Below are positions 54,983-64,000 of a DNA stretch of 64,000 nt, piece after piece. The stretch covers positions 254,820,001-254,884,000 of the forward strand of contig NC_067403.1 in the NCBI RefSeq assembly GCF_016432865.1. The letters are read 5' to 3'. Within the stretch, counting starts at the first letter, position 1, and each line of letters opens with the position of its first letter. A model generated the notes under the pieces. It was not told the origin of the DNA and did not search any database. It saw only the letters and a list, made by a program, of their open reading frames with translations. Source of the DNA: Antechinus flavipes (lineage: Eukaryota). Position numbers and translations under genes: made by a program.

Positions 54983-57248
54983 ATGCCCCTCCTGCGCCTG
55001 GTCTCCCAGCTCTGCCAGCTGTGGCCCCGCTGCCCTCCTTGTGCCAGGTCCCTCAGCTTCAGTCCCTGCCAGAGGTGAGTCCGGGCGGGGGAGGGCGAGC
55101 CCCTGCTCTGGTCTGTCTGTGGCCTCGGCTTCTGCAGGTCCCAGAGGGGGTTGGGCCAGGTGGTCCTCCCTTCACCCCTCCCGGCCTGTTGGAGGCCGCC
55201 TGGGCCCCCTTCGAGTCCCAGCTCGGCCACTGAGCCCTGCCACCTGGGTCCCCTTTCTTGGGGCCCCGCCTCCTCTGGGGTGACCCCCGGGGGTCCCCGG
55301 AGCCATCCAGGGTCTCTCCCACCTTCTGTCAGGGCAAGACAAAATAACTACTATGAGCTCCTGGGGATCTGTCCCGATGCCAGCATGAAGGAAGTCAAGC
55401 GCGCCTTTTTTGCCAAGTCCAAAGAGGTGGGTCTGGGCCGGGAGGCGGGTGAGAGCGCCCTTGCCCCACCCCCCGACTCTTTCCAAGTGCGGAGTAGGGG
55501 AAGGAGCTTTGGGCTGGGAGTCAAAAGACCTCGGGAGAGATGGCTTGTGAGCTGGGAGACCTTAGACAAGTCACTGTCTGAACCAGGCTGGTGTGGGCAA
55601 GCAGGGGGTGCCCCCAGACCTGGTCCGGTTCTACCAAGCACTGTGAGCGCCGGGCGAGAAGGGCCAGCAGCAGTGCCCAGGATGAGCCTGGCCCCCAGAA
55701 TCACCGGAGTTCGGGGTCTCGGGGGACGCTGCGGGGAGACGGGGATAGATGGGGGTGGGAGTGACCTGGAATAGCCTTCCCTGTCCGGCCTTTTGGGTTG
55801 GGAAATGCCCAGGCCTGGAGCCAGGTTGGGGCGTGTGGTAAGAGCAGGGGCCTCTGGGGGATACCCAGAAGGCTCGGGGACAAGTGATCTTTGTGCCCGC
55901 TCCGGCCCCTTTGTCCTACAGAAGCCAGCCGCTCTTTCACCATGCAGACATTTATTGGTTCCCTAGGAGCCGGCCAATAAGCTGGCCTCGGGGAGCTTGG
56001 AGTCCCCATTCCCATGATACACCGGGCCACAAAGCCCACCCAGTGGGCAAGAGGACATGGGGGACACTGCAGGGGGGAGCTGCATGCGGGAGGGGGACAA
56101 GGGAAAAGGCAACCGGAAACCCTTGTTTAAGACCCTTCAGAATGGGGCAGTCTGTGCTGGGAGAGAAAGAAGGTGCGGGGGCTTAGGGGCCAGAGGGGAG
56201 GCTGGGAGCCCCCCAGTTACCTGCCTCTCCTCCGCCAGCTTCACCCCGACCGGGACCCCAAGAACCCTGCTCTCCACAACCAGTTCGTGGAGCTGAACGA
56301 AGCCTACCGGGTTTTGAGCAAGGAAGCCAGCCGGCGGGCCTATGACCACCAGCTCTCCCTTCGAGGCTCCCGGCCACCTCCCGGCCACGCCCCCCAGGGG
56401 GCCCGCCACAGCCACCGCCCTCCCTCGGCCTCGACCTCCAGGTGAAGGCCGGCCTCCACCCCGCCCCCACCCGCCGGCGCCCCCGCCCCCACCCCCGAAG
56501 CCCCGCTCTCCTCCCGGCTCCCAAGGATTCCCTCTCGCCTGTTCCCAGCAGCTCGTGGTCCTGGGCCGAGGCTGACGCCCGCTACTGGGGGCAGTTCCGC
56601 AGGGTGCGCCCGGAGGACTTCGTCGGGGCTCGGCGGAGGCAGCAGAAGCAGAACCACCGCGTCCTGGGCTACTGCCTCCTGCTGATGCTGGGGAGCATGG
56701 TCATACACTACATCGCCTTCAGGTGAGGGGGGAGCTGGGGGGTCCCCAGGAGAGGCGGCCATCTAACCTCGCCCCCTCCCCCTCCCGCAGGAAGCTGGAG
56801 CAGGTGCACCGAAGGTTTATGGACGAGAAGGACCGCGTTATCATGGCCATCTACAACGAGAGCAGGACCAGGGCCAGGTCTCTGCCCCCCCCCCCCCGCC
56901 CTCGGCACTGAGCACCCCAAGTCCCAGGCGGGAGGGCTGGGGGCCCAGGACGCCGCTCACCGACATCGAGTAACCGGGCTGAGAGCCCTGTGCCCGGTGG
57001 GGAAGGGGGCGGAGCCGAGCCCTCCTGGAAGGGTCTGGGGCATTCTCGGGGCCGGCCCAGCGGCTCGGGAGGTCCAGAGCGGGGCGCGCACGGGTGAGGG
57101 GGGCTCAGAGGGGCGTTGGTGACGGGCACGAAGCGCTCCCAGGGCCAGGGGGTCACCTCGGCCTTTCCTCTCCAGAGCGAACAGCGCCAGGCTCCAGCAG
57201 GAGAAACTGCAGAAGGCTCAGAGCCCCCAGCCGCGCCCCGAGAAGTGA
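54983..57248 (+). CDS. DNAJC4: DnaJ homolog subfamily C member 4, 239-240 aa
   Basis: Exons 54983-55074, 55333-55426, 56239-56441, 56552 (or 56549)-56722, 56791-56877 and 57176-57248. The J-domain (NYYELLG...SKELHPDRDP) carries the HPD motif, and there is a transmembrane segment VLGYCLLLMLGSMVIHYIAF. Confidence 0.96.
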
Positions 57249-57310
57249 CCCGCGCCCCTTCTTCCCTCCGCCTCCCGAGGGGCTGAAGGGGGGCCCCTGA
57301 GCGCGCGCAC

Positions 57311-57316
57311 AATAAA
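57311..57316 (+). terminator. DNAJC4 polyadenylation signal
   Basis: AATAAA 63 nt after the stop, followed by GT-rich gtctttgtcagtgggtgtgtg. Confidence 0.85.
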
Positions 57317-57329
57317 GTCTTTGTCAGTG

Positions 57330-58450
57330 GGTGTGTGCCTCCTCCCTCGTGCCTCCGGTCTTCCCGCGGGCCTTGCCTTCGGCCCCGGCTCCGGGCGCCC
57401 AGGAGCCGGTCCGCTTCCTCTCGCCCACGTGGGCCGCAGCCCCAGGCGCGAGCGGGCGCTGTCCACCCGGCCTGGCCCGCGCCAGCTGAGGGAGGGAGGG
57501 AGGGAGGGAGGGAAGGAGGAAGGGGGCGTGCGCAGCCCCAGGGGGAGCGGCCCGGGCTGGGGGTGCGGGCCGCCGGCTGCCCGCCCCCGCTGCCCCTCCC
57601 TCTCACCCCCTCCCCGGCCGCGGCCGGCCCCTCCCCCCCGGGCCCGGGGTGGGGGTTGGGGGGAGCGCGTGTCTGGGTCACATGAGCCGCCCGGGCTCGG
57701 CCCCCCGCAGCCCCGGCCGCCCGTGTCCCCGCCGCCGCCACTGCCACCGCCTCGTCGGGCACCGCGCCGCCGCCTGCGCCCCGCGGCCCCGCCATGGGGC
57801 GCCCCTCGCGCCTGCCCCCGCCCCCGGGCTAGGACGATGCGGGAGCCCCGCGGGCACCATGAGCCCCCTCCTGCTGGCCGCCCTGCTGCTGCTGCTGCCG
57901 CCGCTGCCCCCCGGAGCCCCGGCGCAGGTAGGTGCGCCCGCGCCCCCGCTGCCCTCTTCCCAAGGTTGGCGGAAGGAAGTGGGGCCACGGCGCGGGCCGA
58001 GGGCCCCCGCGGGGTGGGCGCCGGCCCCGGGCTGCCCTGGGCAGCCGAACCAGCCTTCGGGCGTCCGGGACGGGGCCGAGGGCAGCGGCGGAGGGCAGGC
58101 GCCCCTGCCGGTCCGCGGGGCTTAGCTGGGGGGTGGGGGTGGGCGGGACCACGTCCTCCTCCCTTGCCAACCGTGCCCCTCCCTGCCCTGCCTGGCTGGA
58201 CAAGTGTGGCCGGAGGGCACGGGGCGGCGGGAGAGCTCGCAGCCGTCAGTGCCTCCGCAAGAGCCGCCCGGGGGCCGAGCCTGGGGAGGTAGCGCCCTCG
58301 AGGATGGGGAGGGCGGCCATCGGGGCCGCCGCGGCGGGGAAGCTGGATTCGGAGCGGGGAGCTCAGTTCGCCCCATCTCGGCCCCTCCCGTAGCCCGGGC
58401 TGGGGCGGGGCGGGGGGAGAAATGAAACCGCTGGCTCCTCGCTAGCTACA
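57330..58450 (+). promoter_or_regulatory. VEGFB CpG island/promoter
   Basis: Extremely GC/CpG-rich region with several GC boxes around exon 1. Confidence 0.75.
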
Positions 58451-61400
58451 TGACCTTGGACTAGTCGGCTCCCTTTGAAAGCGCCAACCCTGGGAACCGC
58501 GGCCGTCAGACCTCGGTCCTGCCGCCGGTAGCTCCCCTGGGGGCCCTGTTGTCACTAGCTGGGTGAGTGTCCGGGCGGGGGCTTTCCCCCCTCTCATCGC
58601 TTCTCCCGAGCCTTACCCAGGACCTCGCTGTGGCAGCTCATTAACATGCCGGGAGGAGCCTGAATTTAGCCCCAGCCCCCGAGCTGCCCCATCCCCGCTC
58701 CCCTTCAGGTGTGGATCCCGAGAGCAGAACCGAAGGAGGGAACCTGGGATTTGACCCCAGGTCCGCAAATAAAGCAGCATCGGGATCCCCACCCAGAGAG
58801 AGCTCACGGGCGGAGCAGGGATTTCTTCTGAGGGGCCGGGAGAGGTGACAGTGGTCGGGTGGCCGGGGAAGGATTCGCAGAGAAAGGGCGAAGCTCCGGG
58901 GACGAGGAGCATCTCCTCAGGCATCAGCGGGCTCTGGTTCCGGATTATGCCCCCCCCATGTTCTAGTATGTAAGCGGTGTCCTGTTCCCCCTCCAGACTT
59001 CCAGCTCCCCCCCTGAGGGGCCCCATCACCAAGAGAAAGGTAAGGCCCCGAGCTCCGGAGGGATTCTGGGAGCAAAACCCCAAACAGATGGCAGCCGCAG
59101 GAGTCCAGTGGCGGAGCTCCACAAGGGTGGGCTGGGGCTGAGCTCACTGCATCCCTTGGGGGTGTCGGGGTGCGGAGGGGGGCGGGGCGGGGCCTGGGAG
59201 GATGAAGAGCCGGGCGCTCGGGCAGATGGGCACTTGTCCTTTCGGCAGTGGTTCCTTGGCTGGAGGTGTTCAGCCGAGCCTCCTGCCAGCCCAGGGAGGT
59301 GCTGGTGCCCTTGAGCCTGGAGTTCCCCGGGGAGGTCGCCCACCAGCTGGTCCCTAGCTGCGTGCCCCTGCAGCGCTGCGGAGGCTGCTGCTCTGACGAG
59401 GCTTTCGAATGTGTGCCTACTGGCCAGCGCCACGTCCGGATGCAGGTACCGGGGTGGGGAGGGGGCCGCGGGGCCTGCCGGGAAAGCAGCCGGAAGCTGA
59501 ACGGGCACCGGGGCCCGACGGGATTCTGCCACCTGGAGCCTCCCCGAGGCTCACCAGCAAAGGGGGGGGGGGGAATCCCACTTGTGTGACCTCGGCCGGG
59601 CCCCCTGGGCTCATTGTCCTCGTCTGGGTCTTGGTTTCCTCGACCCTAACGTGACTGGAGATCCCTCCCAAATCTAAAAGCCCCAGGCTTGGGCCCCCCT
59701 CCCCCCACTTCCCCCCACAGTTCTCTCTCTCTCTCCCACCCTTCGCTCTGAGGACAGATCCTGATGATCAGATACCTGAGCAGTCACCTGGGGGAGATGT
59801 CCTTCGTGGAGCACAGCCAGTGTGAATGCAGGTAGAGGGGCCGTGGAGGGGCCGGGGAGAGAGGGGCAAAAACCAGACAGAGCGGGAGAAGCCCGGGCCT
59901 CCGGGAGCACAGCTGCACTTGGAGTGGCCACTCTGGGTTCCGTCCTTCGGAGCCGTCACCCTGCCGGACTCGGTTCTGAGAAAGTTTGTTTACATAATCA
60001 AAAGCCTTGTCCCCTTTTAATTTAAATTTAAATCAAGGGGGCTGTGAGAGGCCTGAAATCTGACTGGCCAGGGCCCCCATCCTCTCTCCCTTTTTGCTTT
60101 TCAGACCCAAAAAGGACATTTTGGTGAAACCAGTCAGGTGAGCTCACGGCTGGCTTTCCCCACTTTGGGCGCTAGCTCCAGAACCTGGCCCTCGAGGGGT
60201 ACAGTGCGGGCCAGATACCTGGGCCCCATGAGACACCATGGGTCAGAAGCTGCCCCTGCACCGTCCTCGGGCCCCTCGGGATCTCCTCCTACTGTCCTTG
60301 CCTCAGGACTTGGGATGTCTGGCGGGGTCTCGGCCTGCCCCTCCTGCCCCTCCTGCCCCTCCTCCTCCTTGTCCCCAGCTCCCGCCGATCCTCAGCTTCA
60401 GACTGGTCACACGAGCGCTCCCTTTTTCCAGTGTCAGCTCCAGGCCCCAGTGCCCCAGATGTGCCCAGAGACGGCAGCGCCCCGATCCTCGAACCTGCAC
60501 CTGTCGCTGCAGACGCCGCAGCTTATTGCGTTGCCAAGGGCGGGGCCTAGAGTTCAACCCAGACACCTGCAGGTGAGTAGAGGCAGACCAGGTCAGAGCT
60601 GGAAGGGGGGAGAAGGAGGAGGAGGAGGAGGAGGAGGAAGAGGAAGAGGAGGAGGAGGAGGAGGAGGAGGGAGGGACAAAACTGGCCAAGAAGGTGCAGG
60701 AGCAGGAGGAGCAGGCAACACCCTATACCCACAAACTCCACGTGGGTCCATAAGTCAGAGAAGCAGGGGCAGAAATTAAGGAGCCAGCCACCCTGAAGTT
60801 GGTGAGCTGGAGTTCAAAGGATTTAGAGCAACAGGAGACCTTGGGGTTCATCTCCTGCAACCCCCGAGGATCTGAGAGGCAGTTATTGTGCGGCAGCAAC
60901 TGGCCATGTGGAGCGGCCAGGCTGGGGTCATTGTCAACGGCCAAGGGCACTGACATGAGAAGAGCTCAGGAGAAGGCTGAGGGCCTGGGTCTCACAGGGG
61001 AAATGAGAGTTAGAGGAGCTCTCCACAGTCCCTCCCAGCTCTGCCATTCCATATCCTAAGGACCCTCCCATTCTGTGTTCCAAGAGTCCTCCCGTTCTGT
61101 TTTGAGTCCTCTCGTGTGTTCTCAGTCCTCCTTTTGTATGTTCTAAGGGCCCTCCCATTCCATGTTCCGAGTCCTCTCAATCCATGTTTTAAGGACCCTC
61201 CCATTCTGTGTTCTAAGGGCCCTCCCTAACATAATTGCTTCTTTCACCCTCATCCGACTCTTCCAAGACCTTGGTCTAAGGAGCATTTATTAGGCCCTTT
61301 CTGGATTTGGAGGAACACACATAAAGACAAAACGATGTGGGTTTAGCCTCTGCTGAGGCTTTTGGAAGCTGGGCTCCTTCAGGCTTTCTCTGGGGGGGAG

Positions 61401-61469
61401 GATGCCGTGGTTCAGGGGTCTGAGCTTGACCTTCTTCATGTCCTCAGGTGCAAGAAGCTGCGAAGGTGA
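57859..61469 (+). CDS. VEGFB: Vascular endothelial growth factor B (167-type isoform 190 aa; 186-type isoform stops at 60550)
   Basis: Exons 57859-57927, 58997-59039, 59249-59445, 59758-59831, 60105-60137, 60438-60572 (6B) and 61448-61469. Signal peptide, PDGF/VEGF cystine knot (CQPRE...PSCVPLQRCGGCC...CEC) and heparin-binding tail CKKLRR* are present. Confidence 0.97.
60615..60672. repeat. (GGA)n microsatellite, VEGFB intron 6
   Basis: About 18 GGA/GAA triplets. Confidence 0.9.
61040..61230. repeat. Degenerate repeat (cctcccattctgtgttctaagg), VEGFB intron 6
   Basis: Several diverged copies in tandem. Confidence 0.65.
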
Positions 61470-63099
61470 CACAACCCTTCCTGGATTCTGAGGGGACATC
61501 CCTTTTTGACCCCACCCTGGGATGGGGGAGCCCCGTTGGGTCGACACACCAGTGGCTCCCGCTGGGGAAGAAGCAGCTGCTACACGGGAAGCCCAGACCC
61601 TTGGAGTGACCCTGAGCTGCTATGCTTGAAGGGGAGGGGCGGGCAGGGGAGGCCACTGGTTTGGGGCAGAAGAGAATGGACCCTTCTTTACTGAATGTCC
61701 CCCCTCACCCAGAGAAACACCTCGTCCCTTATTGCTCCCCATCTTCCCCTGACGATTGACAATGGGATGAACAAAGGTGGGAGGACCCAGAGCCTCCAAG
61801 AATGTTCTTGGCTTTGGTACACGGACTGTGTGACCCCCCAAACCTCATAAAAGTGATGAAAAGAGCCGACTTCTAAACTGTGCAGACTCATCACAAAACT
61901 AGGCCAACCCTAAGCCGCCCTGGGTGCACGGTGGGAGAGCTGCAGTGGGGGGCCAGCGGGGGAGGGGGAGAGAGGACGCCCTGGAAGCTCCGTCCCGTCT
62001 CAGATTCTGGTGCCAAGGTGGCCCCGGGCACAGCGGGCTTCGGGAGATTTGTTATCCAACTCATGGCACACCTGACCCCAAACCAACAGGCCCCAAACTT
62101 CACACCCATCTGGAGCCCAGGCCCCAGCGGGGAAAAGGCACCCGGAGACCCCACTTCAGAGAATGAGAGCCCAGTGTTCACCCCCAGTTGCCAGGGGAGG
62201 AGGGATGGCGTTCCTCATGCCCACAGGAAGGAGGGGGGATTTGACCTTCAGCCATTTGATCAGGAGGAAGATGAAGCAGGACCCCAGATCCTGGGGCTGG
62301 GACCCTTCCCCTCCCCCTGCCAGCTTGTAGGTATCCAGGGGCTTCTTGCTGACTAGTCCTGGCTCCTGCAACCTTGCTATTCTGAGATGCCCCCAGCCCC
62401 AGCTCCCCCTCCTCACAGCTGATTCCCTCCTGGCCACCCCCCATGTACCCCCTGCTGTCATCCAGAAGGGGATAGGTCACTCTGGATTTCTAAGACCCTT
62501 TCCAGGCAAGCATAGCAGTTGAATCCCTCTAGAATCAGGGGAAGGGCCCAGGGGGATCTCCAGAGCACCAGACCTGGGGGGTGGGGGGTGACCTCGGGCA
62601 GGCTCATCTTGAGCCCACTCCCATTTCCTGCTCTGGGCTGGCGGGGAGTAATCTGAAACCCTTCCATTTTATTCTCCAACAGGAAGAGGAGCCCAGGGTT
62701 ATTTCCACCGGGGGAGAGGGGGCAGCCAGGTTCCTTCTGGGAGAGGTGGAGCTGGACCTCTAGGGGAAAGGCCCTTTTAACGGGACGGTCAAGCAGGGAA
62801 GGAACACCCTTAGTCCTGCAGGATGGGGCAAGGGTTGTTATTCAGGAAGGGAGGGGCGGCTACAGGAGCTCCCCGCACATGCACCAAAGCCGGGCTACGG
62901 GGAGAAATTGAGGCACGGAAGAGCAGGGGTCACTCAAGGTCACATGGTTCTTAAGGCCTGGCTACAATTCAGGGGCTCCCCTCCTGCACGGGGTCGGGAG
63001 GATCCGCAACAGGGCTCCGGCTGAGAAGCCTGAGACCTGGAGCTTGGGGGAAACTGAGTCAGGGTCCGCCAGGAGTGAGGGAGGACTGGGGGTAAAATG

Positions 63100-64000
63100 G
63101 CGCCACAGTCCTAGAGGAGGCGGGAGCCAGCGCGACCCGCACTGCGCTCGGCCGGAAGTAGAGGTGGCCGGGTCGGAAGTCGCCCTTAACCCTAAGACCG
63201 GGAAGCCGGCGTTCAGCTAGGGGCGTCCGGGAGAAGAGCGAGCCAAGAAGGGGAAGTGACATCACCTCCTGCACGAGTCCAGCGGGTCTCTCGACCAGAC
63301 CGACCCCCGCAGCCTCACGTGACTAGGGCGGTTCTAGGGGCGGAGTCCCGAGGTTCCCTGACCAATGACAGAGGGCGGCGTGGCCCCGACCGAGGCGTGG
63401 TGGCGGCGCGTGCGCAGTGGTGGCGGCGGCGGCGGCGCTGATCAGGACTCCGGGGGCGCGGTGAGGAGGTGAGCGGGGGGCCGCAGCCCGGGGCGGGGAC
63501 GGGGCCGGGGCCGGGGCCCGGGGGTTCGCCGAGGGGCAGGGTAGCAGGGAGAAGGACCCGGGGATATTGCCGGCGGGGTGATGCCGCAGGGGGCGGAGTC
63601 GTATTCAGCAGGGGGCGGGGCCCCAAGCCAAGGGGCGGGGGCTGATCAAGGAGAAGGTGGGGCCCCGAGTCGGGAGCCGAGTCCCGGGCTAACGGACCTT
63701 GGAGCTCCGGGGGCGGAGCCGGGACCCGCAGTGGGCGGGTCCGTGAGCGAGGGCGGGACCCTGGCCCTGGGGGCGGGGCTGGCCCCGCGGAAGCACGCAG
63801 CTATTGGCCAGGGGGCGGACCCCAGGGCGGAGGTGGGCGGAGCATCGGGCCCCGGGGCTGAGCCTCTGAAGGGCGGGGCCCAAGCACCCCGGCCCTCTGC
63901 GGGCAAGGGGGAGAGCCCTGGGCTGGGGAGCCGAGGAGGCCTCCGGGGAGGGCGAGCCTGGGGTCGAGGTCGGCCCCGGACCCCCCCAGGAGAAGTGGTG
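63100..64000 (+). promoter_or_regulatory. CpG island/promoter of the next gene (probably FKBP2)
   Basis: ETS CCGGAAGT at 63152 and TCGGAAGT at 63173, TGACATCA at 63257, TCACGTGAC at 63315, GC box at 63337 and CCAAT at 63362. Confidence 0.7.
63390..63468 (+). other. FKBP2: Probable non-coding first exon of FKBP2 (identified by synteny only)
   Basis: Lies in a CpG island and ends in a strong donor, GAG|gtgagc, at 63468/63469. FKBP2 follows VEGFB in mammals. No FKBP2 coding sequence is in the window, and the exon start is approximate. Confidence 0.55.

Noticed and set aside
63362-63381. ER stress element (CCAAT-N9-CCACG) in the presumed FKBP2 promoter
   Set aside because: The sequence after N9 is CGGCG, two mismatches from CCACG, so a canonical ERSE is not supported.

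Overview
GC- and CpG-rich vertebrate genomic DNA, orthologous to the human 11q13.1 gene cluster. It is most likely from a dasyurid marsupial; this is inferred from marsupial-type MIR/L2 relics and an OC1-like hAT MITE. Gene order: MACROD1 exons 1-3 (minus strand; the gene continues off the left edge), STIP1 (+, 14 coding exons, 543 aa), FERMT3/kindlin-3 (+, 652 aa), TRPT1 (-, 237 aa), NUDT22 (+, 291 aa), DNAJC4 (+, 239-240 aa), VEGFB (+, both 167- and 186-type frames intact), and a probable FKBP2 promoter/first exon at the right edge. I read every exon boundary from GT/AG signals and checked it for frame. Introns hold many minisatellites, and there are two N gaps. Most notable observations: (1) TRPT1 and MACROD1, a writer and an eraser of nucleic-acid ADP-ribosylation, are linked with a Nudix hydrolase; (2) an intact OC1-like MITE with its target-site duplication; (3) the dual-frame VEGFB exon 6; (4) a 12-aa N-terminal shortening of kindlin-3; (5) uORF and leaky-scanning architectures; (6) minisatellites built from poly(A) signals, splice-site-like motifs or an L2 tail; (7) two speculative unannotated spliced ORFs near MACROD1. 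No tRNA, rRNA or CRISPR features are supported.
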